A DNA stretch of 32,000 nt, taken from contig NC_016070.1 of the NCBI RefSeq assembly GCF_000253055.1, positions 840,001-872,000 on the forward strand, read 5' to 3'. Under the pieces are notes generated by a model that was given only the letters and a program-made list of their open reading frames with translations, was not told where the DNA came from and searched no databases. Source of the DNA: Thermoproteus tenax Kra 1. Lineage in GTDB: Archaea > Thermoproteota > Thermoprotei > Thermoproteales > Thermoproteaceae. The position numbers and the translations under genes are program-made. Every line of letters begins with the position of its first letter. Position 1 is the stretch's first letter. This document shows positions 15,680 to 24,068 of the stretch, piece by piece.

Positions 15680-17476
15680 CTATTTAAGGTTCATCTCCTC
15701 ATTTGTCCTATATACTAAATATTGAGCAGATGGACAAGCCTTTGAACAAATGAGACAACCTATACACCTTTCTTTGTCGACTCTGAAGCGCCCATCGGGT
15801 CCCCGACTAAGCGCCTTGGTGGGACACCAACTAATGCACAAATCACAGTGGCCACATATCTGGGCTCTGACCACCAACGCGGCCGCGTGAAGGGCTCCAT
15901 CTCCCTCGATAGTTCTAAAATCGGGCGATATGGTCGCTCGGAGCTTTCCTCCAGATACCTCAACGCCGTTGGAGCCGACGTTGACATTACCCATCATCTT
16001 CAACAGCTCTAGGGCCGTGGGCACATCGGGACGGCCGCCCTCTATCTCCACTTTATCATCTCGGCGTCTGACGATAACAGGATATCTCCCCTCCGCCTTT
16101 ATCTTCAGAAATCTGGCGACATCGCCGGGCACGCCCCTCTTCCATCTCCAGATGCCGTATTCCTCGTAGAACTGCTCTCCGTAGAAGCTCACGACCTCCT
16201 CGGCCAGTCTGCGGTATATCTCAGGGTATCTCCTCCGGACTTGCTCCAGCTCCGCCATCTCGTTGGCCGGACATATAAGGCAGCCGAGTCTGTCGAAGCC
16301 GTACTCATAGGCCTTGTTGTAGGGGAGACCGTGGAGCACTATGTATGCCCATACGTCCAATGCGCTCCACTCGTGAAGCGGCGCCACGACTATAGTCTTG
16401 GCGACCCACTTGCTGGATGAGATGGGCTTCTGCCTCGCCCTCTGGAAGGACTCAGCTGCCCTCTGGCCTACAACCGTCACGACGCCCTGGGGGAACCTCT
16501 CAAGATAGGCCTTAGTGATCGGAGCCATCTTCAATACTTTGCAACACCACCTGTAGTCGCGCGCGGGAGGCCCGAACTCCTTCACGGCACGCCAGAAGGA
16601 ATCGCCGGCCGAAGCCCATATCAGCTCGGCTCCGTACCTCTGGGCCACCAATTTGACGTTCTCGTAAGTCTCCGGGGCCTCCAAGCCTGTGTCGTTAAAG
16701 AGAAGGTAGAAGGGGTGGCCGGTCCTCTTAACGAGATCTAGCGCGACCAAGCTGTCTTTGCCCCCAGAGTAGGACACGACGACAGGCAGCTTATATTGAG
16801 AAAACGCTCTCTTGAGAAACTCGACAGCTCTCTCGGCCTTTCTCTCAATATAGGCTCTGTTGAGCTCTGCGAACGTCTTTAAGTCGCTGGGGACCCCGGG
16901 GGGTAGCTGCGGCTTAGCCCTCCACGACTTTATAATGTGTAGACGTCTACCTCTGAAAAGTTTCGCAACGCCGTGAATCCTCCCATCCCTCGTCGATACA
17001 ACTACGTGCGTATACTTTTTCTCTGGGAGTGAGCCCTCGAGAATTTTCTCCTCATGGACATCGTAATTGACAGGCAGAGTGTCTAAATCCAAGATGGCCC
17101 ACCACCCCCTCCTCTGCGTGAGTATCTCGGCGGCGCCCTCATAGAGGGGTCTGAAACGCCACCTCCTCTCCAGAATATCGTAGAACCTGTGGCCGATTAC
17201 GCGCCCCCTCACGATCACCTCGTCGGCTTGGTCGGCGTAGCCCGGTATCTTGTTGAGGAGCACTACCTCATCTCTGGGTACTAAGAGCGATGCTAAGGCC
17301 CAATCGCCTTCCTCGTTGGCTATGGCCTCTTGCACTATTTCCTTATCAACATCGAAGGCCGGTCTTGGATCAGAAGGCTCCGTTATAGGCGTGGCCGAGA
17401 TCTTTGCGCAGTTGCCAGCCGCCTCGCGGGGGTCCAGTACGGGCACATTGAAGTCCTCGCACCAGTAGAGCAACAT
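15680..17476 (-). CDS. PP-loop ATP pyrophosphatase of the PAPS-reductase family, with an N-terminal PUA-like region and a C-terminal 2x[4Fe-4S] ferredoxin domain
   Basis: The SYSGGKDS PP-loop is present, with PAPS-reductase-like core motifs (RWCCKVLK, GQRAAES). The C-terminus has CGHCDLCISWCP and CIGCLICSKACP. The N-terminal YWCEDFNVPVL looks like a Cys-depleted zinc ribbon. Confidence 0.8.
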   Translation of the reverse strand: MLLYWCEDFNVPVLDPREAAGNCAKISATPITEPSDPRPAFDVDKEIVQEAIANEEGDWALASLLVPRDEVVLLNKIPGYADQADEVIVRGRVIGHRFYDILERRWRFRPLYEGAAEILTQRRGWWAILDLDTLPVNYDVHEEKILEGSLPEKKYTHVVVSTRDGRIHGVAKLFRGRRLHIIKSWRAKPQLPPGVPSDLKTFAELNRAYIERKAERAVEFLKRAFSQYKLPVVVSYSGGKDSLVALDLVKRTGHPFYLLFNDTGLEAPETYENVKLVAQRYGAELIWASAGDSFWRAVKEFGPPARDYRWCCKVLKMAPITKAYLERFPQGVVTVVGQRAAESFQRARQKPISSSKWVAKTIVVAPLHEWSALDVWAYIVLHGLPYNKAYEYGFDRLGCLICPANEMAELEQVRRRYPEIYRRLAEEVVSFYGEQFYEEYGIWRWKRGVPGDVARFLKIKAEGRYPVIVRRRDDKVEIEGGRPDVPTALELLKMMGNVNVGSNGVEVSGGKLRATISPDFRTIEGDGALHAAALVVRAQICGHCDLCISWCPTKALSRGPDGRFRVDKERCIGCLICSKACPSAQYLVYRTNEEMNLK

Positions 17477-17480
17477 GAGT

Positions 17481-17524
17481 CAACCTCGATGTAGCGTTAT
17501 ATAATATTACAACATCGGAGGTTG
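17481..17524. promoter_or_regulatory. Inverted repeat straddling the TATA box of the six-gene operon (candidate operator)
   Basis: CAACCTCGATGT (17481-17492) and ACATCGGAGGTTG (17512-17524) are complementary apart from one extra G. They enclose AGCGTTATATAATATTAC. The A/T box is centred about 24 nt upstream of ATG 17476 on the minus strand. Confidence 0.45.
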
Positions 17525-17628
17525 GCCCAGTATATCCCGAGGCTCTGTCAGCCAAGCCACGGCGGCTCTAGGTCTTCGCCGCTCTTCTCCGCCTAAAGTA
17601 TATAAAAATAGAGCATAAAGAGGTGACG

Positions 17629-18312
17629 ATGCGCGCTCTGATCCTCGCCGGAGGTTTCGGCAAGAGGCTCGCCCCCCTCACCAACGAGGTACCCAAGCCA
17701 CTCGTGCCCGTGGCCGGGAAGCCCATCCTCGTCAGACAGATCGAGTGGCTGAGGGAACAAGGAGTGACCGACTTTGTCGTGGCCGTCGGCTATCTGCGCC
17801 ACAAGGTCTTCGAGGCGCTGGGCGATGGGAGGAAGTATGGAGTGAGGATATTCTACAGCGTCGAGGAGGAGCCCCTCGGCACAGGGGGCGCCATAAAGAA
17901 CGCGGCGCCCTTTCTGGAGGACGACGTGTTCCTGGTCACCAACGGCGATGTGTTGACCAATCTGCGCGTGGAGCCCCTACTGAGGGCGCTCGAGGGCGCC
18001 GACGCCGCCATAGCCCTCGTCCCCCTCAGAAGCCCCTACGGCGTAGTGGAGATAGACGGCGAGGGGCGCGTGCTGGCCTTCAGAGAGAAGCCCGTGCTGG
18101 AGCACTACATCAACGCCGGCGTCTACGCCATGAGGAGGGAGGCGCTCAAGGATCTCCCCGACAGAGGCAACATAGAGGAGACGTTGTTCCCCAGATTGGC
18201 CGAGAGGAGGAGGCTGAGGGCCGTGGTCTATAAAGACGCCTTCTGGCGCTCCATAGACACCCTCAAGGATTTAGAGGAGGCTGAGAAGATGTTGAGCGAT
18301 GGAAAATCTTGA
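17629..18312 (+). CDS. Sugar-1-phosphate nucleotidyltransferase
   Basis: [32 protein letters not shown] is the classic NTP-transferase N-terminus, and EEPLGTGGA is also present. The TATA box GTATATAAAAATAG lies about 25 nt upstream. GTG 17623 is an alternative start. Confidence 0.88.
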   Translation: MRALILAGGFGKRLAPLTNEVPKPLVPVAGKPILVRQIEWLREQGVTDFVVAVGYLRHKVFEALGDGRKYGVRIFYSVEEEPLGTGGAIKNAAPFLEDDVFLVTNGDVLTNLRVEPLLRALEGADAAIALVPLRSPYGVVEIDGEGRVLAFREKPVLEHYINAGVYAMRREALKDLPDRGNIEETLFPRLAERRRLRAVVYKDAFWRSIDTLKDLEEAEKMLSDGKS

Positions 18313-18937
18313 AGACCTACTCCTGAAATACGCCTTATTGAACGCAGTTAAGTACGGAGGCAGAGCCGACGCTAAGGCAGTGATGTCTAAGTTGATGGCC
18401 GAAAGAGCGGATCTGAGGCCAAGGGCGCGCGAGATAAAAGAGCTTGTGGAACAGCTGGTGGCCAAGGTAAACGCCATGAGCCCTCAGGAGCAGTATACGC
18501 TCTTGGCATCGCGCTGGCCTGAGGCTCTGGAGGAGAGGAGGCCCAGGGAGGAGAAAAGGCCTGGAATCGACTCGCTTCCCGCGCTTCCAAACGCTGAGAG
18601 GGGCGTCGTGGTCCGCTTCGCACCCAACCCAGACTTCGTCCTACATCTCGGCAGCGCGCGGCCGGCCGTGCTCAACTACGCCTACAAGCTGAAATACGGA
18701 GGCAAGTTCATACTTAGGTTCGAAGACACAGATCCCAAGATAAAGAGGCCGTTGATAACGGAGGAGGTTAACGCCTATGAGGCAATAAGGGAAGATCTGA
18801 GGTGGCTCGGCGTGAAGTGGGATGAAGAGTACATTCAATCGCAGCGTATGGAGATATACTACGAATATGCGAGAAGGCTCATCGAGTTAGCGGAGCCTAC
18901 GTGGACACTTGCAAGACCGAGGAGTGGCGCAAGCTGA
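18299..18937 (+). CDS. gltX: Glutamyl-tRNA synthetase, N-terminal segment (frame 1 of a frameshifted gene)
   Basis: It has the archaeal GluRS N-terminal helical domain plus the class I catalytic start [21 protein letters not shown] (HIGH-type HLGS). Homology ends at ...YARRLIEL, and 15 non-homologous codons follow before the stop. Confidence 0.85.
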   Translation: MENLEDLLLKYALLNAVKYGGRADAKAVMSKLMAERADLRPRAREIKELVEQLVAKVNAMSPQEQYTLLASRWPEALEERRPREEKRPGIDSLPALPNAERGVVVRFAPNPDFVLHLGSARPAVLNYAYKLKYGGKFILRFEDTDPKIKRPLITEEVNAYEAIREDLRWLGVKWDEEYIQSQRMEIYYEYARRLIELAEPTWTLARPRSGAS

Positions 18938-20019
18938 GGAACGCGGGTAAGGCGTGCCCCCACAGAGGGCAGTCGGTGGAGGAGAACTTAGAGCTCTGGG
19001 ACAAAATGCTGAGGGGGGACTTCAGAGAGGGCGAGTCGGTGCTCAGAGTGAAGACAGACTTGACGCACCCAGACCCCAGCGTGAGGGACTGGGTGGCTTT
19101 CAGGATCATAGACGTCGAGAGGAACCCGCACCCTCTAGTCGGAGCTAAATATCACGTGTGGCCCACTTACAACTTCGCCGTATCTATCGACGACCATCTA
19201 ATGGGTGTGACGCACGTGCTCCGCGCGCAAGAACACAGCGTGAACACAGTAAAACAGTCCTTCGTCTTCAAACACTTCGGCTGGACCCAGCCGGTGACTA
19301 TACACTTCGGCAGACTGAAGGTGGAGGGCGGATCTCTCAGCAAGTCTAAACTGAAGGCCCTTAAGTTGCGATACGACGATATAACTATGCCGACCTTGGC
19401 AGGGCTCAGGAGCCGCGGGATCCAGCCGGAGGCAATATGGGAGCTCATACTGAGCGTTGGGATCAAGCCCTCCGACGCGACAGTATCCCTTGCTAACCTC
19501 TTCTCTATCAATAGAAAGATTTTGGACCCGAAGGCGGACAGATATATGTTTGTCCCCGAACCCGTGAAGTTGGTTATCAACCTGCCCAAGAGGATCGTTG
19601 CGAAGATACCGGTGCACCCCAGCTTCCCGGAGAGGGGCCATAGAGAGTACGAGCTAGGCCCCGGGGAGGTCTCACTGTATATCTCCAGGAAGGACGCCGA
19701 ACTAGGCTCCTTTAGGCTAATGGAGTTGGCCAACGTAGTTGTGCGCAGAAAAGAGGGAGATGTATACTACGGAGAGGTGGTCGGATATACGATAGACGAG
19801 GCGCGCGAGGCGAAGATGCCCATAATCCAGTGGACGCCCGATAATTCAAGGGAGGCGGTCGTGATAAGGCCTGTGGCCGCCGGCAAGAAGGCCGTCGAGA
19901 GAGGCCTCATAGAGCCTGGCGCCGAGACTCTGAGGGAGGGCGATATAGTACAGTTCCTTAGATATGGATTTGTCAAATTGGGCTTCCAGAGACACTATGG
20001 AGTTCATATATATCCACGA
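18892..20019 (+). CDS. gltX: Glutamyl-tRNA synthetase, remainder (second frame); no stop codon before the DUF354 ATG
   Basis: [25 protein letters not shown] continues the GluRS sequence. [26 protein letters not shown] and an LSKSK (KMSKS-type) motif are present, with the C-terminal [11 protein letters not shown]. This frame is open from 18826. The listed ORF 18901..21000 continues in frame into the next gene. Confidence 0.85.
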
Positions 20020-21000
20020 ATGAGGGCTCTTTTCGACGCTCTTACTCCGAAACAAGCAAGGATCGCAGCAATCCTAAAGCGGGAGGGCGGCCTACAGCTG
20101 ACGATCACATGTAGGGAGTACTACCATCTGAGGGACATGTTGGAGCAATACAAAGTCGACTACATCTGCATAGGTAGGTACGGGGAGACGACCGAGGAGA
20201 AGTTGGTCGAGGGGCTCAAAAGACAGCTCCAGATGGTCGAGATAATGAGGGGCTTGGACGGAGTAGTGTCCTTCCCGAGCCCCGATGCCGTAAGGACCGC
20301 GTTTGGCCTCGGGAAGAAGTCTGTGGTATTGAACGACACGCCGCATGCCTATCACGCCAATTCGCTGACTATACCGCTCTCCGATGCGCTGATAGCGCCG
20401 TCCGCGATACCGCAAGACGCATGGAGGCGTTATTGTCCCAAGAAAGTGATGACTTTCGACGGCGTGTTTGAGTATATGTGGACGTCGAGACATACCCCCA
20501 ACTTAGAGAGCGTGAGGAAGTTGGGCCTGGAGCCAGGCAGCTACGTGGTCTTTAGACCCGAGGAGGCCAAGGCGGCGTACTACCAGTGGAACAACGTCCA
20601 GCTTAGGGCCAAGCTAGTCGAACTTGTCAAGGAGATGGGCTACGTTGTGGTCAATATCCCCAGATATCCAGACCAAGTGATCGAGGGAGCTATAAATTTA
20701 ATAAAGGCGGTGGACCACTTAGATCTAGCGTATTATGCCGCAGCGGTCATCACAGGTGGGCTGACTATGTCGACGGAGGCCGCTCTGTTAGGCACGCCCG
20801 CCGTTTCGTACTTTCCCGGCGACGTGTATATAGATAGGTATCTGGAGAGGGCCGGGGCCCCACTCCTTAGGTGCTCTTCAATGGACGAGTGCATCCATGT
20901 TGTCAAGAAGGCGTTAAGTATGGGCAGAGCGCCCCCGCCCAAGATGGAGGATCCGCTCAAGGCGATCGTCGCGGCGGTTCAGGAAATATTCGGAGGATAA
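20020..21000 (+). CDS. DUF354 family protein (GT-B glycosyltransferase-like)
   Basis: [32 protein letters not shown] resembles the DUF354 N-terminus (MKI.FDI..P..V..F...I..L...GHEV.ITAR) as I remember it. At 326 aa it fits the family size. ATG 20020 is in frame with the upstream gltX segment. Confidence 0.65.
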   Translation: MRALFDALTPKQARIAAILKREGGLQLTITCREYYHLRDMLEQYKVDYICIGRYGETTEEKLVEGLKRQLQMVEIMRGLDGVVSFPSPDAVRTAFGLGKKSVVLNDTPHAYHANSLTIPLSDALIAPSAIPQDAWRRYCPKKVMTFDGVFEYMWTSRHTPNLESVRKLGLEPGSYVVFRPEEAKAAYYQWNNVQLRAKLVELVKEMGYVVVNIPRYPDQVIEGAINLIKAVDHLDLAYYAAAVITGGLTMSTEAALLGTPAVSYFPGDVYIDRYLERAGAPLLRCSSMDECIHVVKKALSMGRAPPPKMEDPLKAIVAAVQEIFGG

Positions 21001-21059
21001 AAGCGACTTACGTGCTGAGCTTGGGATTAGCTTTATATTGGGAGAGGTTCATTAGTTCA

Positions 21060-21440
21060 ATGGACGTGCGCTCGGTGGCCCTCCTCAAAGTGGGGAAGGA
21101 CTATGGAGTCGTTATGTTCGAGATGAAGATCGTTGGGCTGCGGGAGCTCGATGAGGAGCCCAAGTTGTATATTGGCGATGTGGAGAACATAGAGGCGGAG
21201 ATACTCCGCGTTGTGCCCGAGATCTCCTCGATGCCCCACTCAGACATATTGGTGGAGGACAACGGGAGGAGGATGTACTTAGTGCGGCTATACCTTGGCG
21301 ATGGCAGAGTTGAATATGCGTTGATAATATCGCCCAGAAACAGCGTCAAGGGTCTCATCAAGAAGCTCTTGGATCAACGTTGGGCGTTGAGGTTCTTAGT
21401 CGAGCAGAGAAAGGTCGCGAAACAATCGTACTGGCGATAG
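21060..21440 (+). CDS. Hypothetical protein (126 aa)
   Basis: This is the internal ATG of listed ORF 20871..21440. The upstream 63 codons overlap the DUF354 3' end and its downstream spacer, so I take them to be non-coding. No motif was recognised. Confidence 0.5.
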   Translation: MDVRSVALLKVGKDYGVVMFEMKIVGLRELDEEPKLYIGDVENIEAEILRVVPEISSMPHSDILVEDNGRRMYLVRLYLGDGRVEYALIISPRNSVKGLIKKLLDQRWALRFLVEQRKVAKQSYWR

Positions 21441-21826
21441 TCGCCCATCTCTGTTACCTCCAGACTGCCCACACCGTGGGGGCCTCGGCCGTTGCCCGGG
21501 GTTAGTGGGCCGCGGCTGGGGCAGGCATTGCGGCGTCCCCCGCCGGGGCCATCTTGCGTTTGAGTTTGCCCCCGCGCGGCGCCCGCCCTTGCCCCCTTTT
21601 TCTTGGCCCTCTTCACAAGCTCTGCCATGAAAATAGATGGCTTAAGACCTACCCCATCCTAAAGGGCGGGGCTTGCTGTTTGTACTGTCAGCCACATCCC
21701 CGGCCCTGGGGGTACGGCCGATCAGCCGCGCCCGTGCGCCGGGGCACGGCCGGCCTCCTCCGCCCCGCCCTCGCGGCGTCTGGCGGGGGCGGGCCAAAAA
21801 TCTGACCCCGGGGGAGGGCCGGGACA
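21441..21826 (-). repeat. GC-rich repeat unit B: one 5' module plus the tail of a second unit, joined at palindrome (f)
   Basis: The palindrome CCCCATCC-TAAA-GGGCGGGG is at 21652-21671, the box GGTCTTAAGCC at 21649-21639, and ATGGCAGAG at 21628-21620. Positions 21620-21510 are homologous to unit A and 21465-21522 to unit b. Positions 21740-21800 resemble the CCTCCTCG plus stem-loop 3' module of units A and C. Confidence 0.55.
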
Positions 21827-22402
21827 TCACGAGGGGGCATAGGTGGCACTAAGTCTCTCGAGCAATTCGACGAAGCCGTTTTCATTTATGTACTCTAGCC
21901 AGTCGACATCCTCGTGGATGCACTCGCCGTTGGTTACACATCTGCGGATAAGCTCAACTGTCTGGTCGGGTCTTCTGTATGTTACATCCAACTGAATCAA
22001 TTGGTCCCATCTCTCCTTGGCTCGAACTAAGATATAGTCGAGAACCTCGGCCCAGACGTTGTCCAGAATCTTTTTAATAGGCCATCCCCTCCTCGCGAGC
22101 TCCTCGTATAAGACGTCCGGCCTTTTCCTCAACACGAAGATCCGCTCGACGTCATCGTTCTCAAGAAGCTCCAAGACGTGTGTGTCTATTATATAATCGC
22201 CGACGAGCTCCGTTTGTAGCAGACGCCGGGCTCTGTTTATATCCAGTATATCGTAGGTCTGAGAGGTCGGGTCCCAGAGAGTGAACTCCTTTCCGGCTAG
22301 AAGGGATGCGACCTCAATACAACGGGCGCCCAGAGCCTCGGCCAACCCCCTACAGATCGTCGTCTTGCCCACTCCGGGAGTTCCCGTGATTAAAACCCTC
22401 AT
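21827..22402 (-). CDS. Adenylate kinase isoenzyme 6 / Fap7-type nucleoside-triphosphatase
   Basis: MRVLITGTPGVGKTT is a P-loop right at the N-terminus, and the 191-aa size fits. The ATG directly abuts the asnS stop. Confidence 0.8.
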   Translation of the reverse strand: MRVLITGTPGVGKTTICRGLAEALGARCIEVASLLAGKEFTLWDPTSQTYDILDINRARRLLQTELVGDYIIDTHVLELLENDDVERIFVLRKRPDVLYEELARRGWPIKKILDNVWAEVLDYILVRAKERWDQLIQLDVTYRRPDQTVELIRRCVTNGECIHEDVDWLEYINENGFVELLERLSATYAPS

Positions 22403-23698
22403 CTAGGGATATTTGCGTCTGATATCTCTGGGGAACGGAACTGCATCTCTTATATGCTCGAGCCCGGCTATCCACATAACTAGTCTGTCCACGCCGAGGC
22501 CAAAGCCGGAATGAGGCACTGAGCCGTACCTACGTAGATCGATGTACCACTGATAGTCCTTAGGATCGTAGCCGAAACGCCTTATTTTGTCGACGAGCTC
22601 GCCCTCATCGTATATCCTCTCCCCGCCTCCTATGATCTCGCCGTAGCCCTCGGGCGCGAGCACGTCGACACTGAGGGTCACCTCGGGCCTCTTTGGATCG
22701 TTGCGGTGGTAGAAGGCCTTGATTTTCTCCGGAAAGCCGTAGAGCTGTATCGGCTTATCGAACTGGAGCGTCAATATTCTCTCTTCGTCGGCCCCAATGT
22801 CGTCGCCCCAGTTTATCTTGACCCCCTTCTTCTGGAGTATCTCTATGGCCTCATCGTAGGAGATCCGGTAGAACGGCGGCCTTATATTTTCCAAGGGAGC
22901 GGCGTCTCTGCCCAACATCTTCAGCTCATCCCTCCTCTCCTCCAACACCTTGGAAACCACATAGGATATGAGCTCCTCATTGACCCTCATTAAGTCCTCC
23001 AGGTGGTACCAAGCCATCTCCGCCTCGGCGTGCCAGAACTCGGTCAAATGCCTCCTAGTGCGGGAGGGCTCGGCTCTGAAGCTCGGCGCTATGGTATACA
23101 CTTTCTCAAGGCTGAAGATGAGGGCCTCCAGGTAGAATTGAGAACTCTGGGTCAGATAGACGAAGTCGTCGAAGTAGGGGACCTTGAACAGAGTGGCCCC
23201 TCCCTCGACAGCTGCTGTGATGAACATGGGGCCTTGTACCTCGTAGTAGCCGTTCCTTCTGAAATACTCATGTACGGCGCCGAACACTGTGTGTCTGATC
23301 TTTAAAACGGCTTGCATCTTTCTACTCCTGAGCCACAGATGTCTGACATCGAGTAGATACTCGCTGTCGGCCTGTGCGGCATCCTCGTTGATCGGATACG
23401 GAGAACCTATGTAGTACCAGTCGACAGACTCTACATGCATCTCTTTGCCGCCAGGGGCTCTGGGCTCTTCCTTCAATATTCCAGTTGCCACCAAGGATGA
23501 TTCGAGGTTCAGCCGTTGGGCTACGTCGAACGCGGGAGTCCCCCTAGAGAAGACCAGCTGTATGATCCCAGTGGAGTCTCTCAGAACAATGAAGATCTTG
23601 TCCTTCAGCTCACGCTTTCTGTAGACCCACCCTCTGACGGTGGCCCTCCCGCTCGACCTCAAGGCGTCGGCTATACTTATGGCGCTCTTATACGCCAT
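22403..23698 (-). CDS. asnS: Asparaginyl-tRNA synthetase
   Basis: It is class IIb, with AsnRS-specific strings as I recall them from the Pyrococcus enzyme: SFRAEPSRTRRHLTEFWH, LAPEGYGEIIGGGER, LRRYGSVPHSGFGLGVDRLV. Confidence 0.92.
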   Translation of the reverse strand: MAYKSAISIADALRSSGRATVRGWVYRKRELKDKIFIVLRDSTGIIQLVFSRGTPAFDVAQRLNLESSLVATGILKEEPRAPGGKEMHVESVDWYYIGSPYPINEDAAQADSEYLLDVRHLWLRSRKMQAVLKIRHTVFGAVHEYFRRNGYYEVQGPMFITAAVEGGATLFKVPYFDDFVYLTQSSQFYLEALIFSLEKVYTIAPSFRAEPSRTRRHLTEFWHAEAEMAWYHLEDLMRVNEELISYVVSKVLEERRDELKMLGRDAAPLENIRPPFYRISYDEAIEILQKKGVKINWGDDIGADEERILTLQFDKPIQLYGFPEKIKAFYHRNDPKRPEVTLSVDVLAPEGYGEIIGGGERIYDEGELVDKIRRFGYDPKDYQWYIDLRRYGSVPHSGFGLGVDRLVMWIAGLEHIRDAVPFPRDIRRKYP

Positions 23699-23701
23699 AG
23701 C

Positions 23702-23962
23702 CTATCGTTGTTGGATCTCTCTGTAGATTCCCACTACTACTCCGTTGGGGCATTCGTCAGTGGAGAGCCCGACATAGTCCCCCTCTTTATACTCCCTACT
23801 CCTCTCTTGTCCCCCCTCGCATTTGATGACTGTGATGAGTCTGGGCTGACCGGCGCCGCTTGGCTCCACTCTCTCGCTGGATCTCACGAAGAAGTATAAC
23901 ATAACTCCCAATGCGGCTACAGACAGGGCGAACACGGCCAGCAGTCCATAGTCTAACGGCAT
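23702..23962 (-). CDS. Small membrane-anchored hypothetical protein (86 aa), first gene of the asnS operon
   Basis: It has one N-terminal TM helix (LLAVFALSVAALGVMLYFFV) and a TATA-like AATATTTAAGG about 28 nt upstream. It ends 3 nt before asnS. Confidence 0.55.
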   Translation of the reverse strand: MPLDYGLLAVFALSVAALGVMLYFFVRSSERVEPSGAGQPRLITVIKCEGGQERSREYKEGDYVGLSTDECPNGVVVGIYREIQQR

Positions 23963-24068
23963 ATCCTCAAAATAGAGACGGCCTTAAATATTATTGACCG
24001 CTACGCCTGGACTATATTGATATAAACTAAAAAATATATAGATGTATTAAATTTATATTAATTATAAT

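Noticed and set aside
20871-21059. The listed ORF 20871..21440 has an N-terminal extension that overlaps the end of the DUF354 gene.
   Set aside because: The extension is an off-frame reading of the DUF354 3' end plus the spacer. ATG 21060 gives a compact 126-aa protein starting in the intergenic gap.
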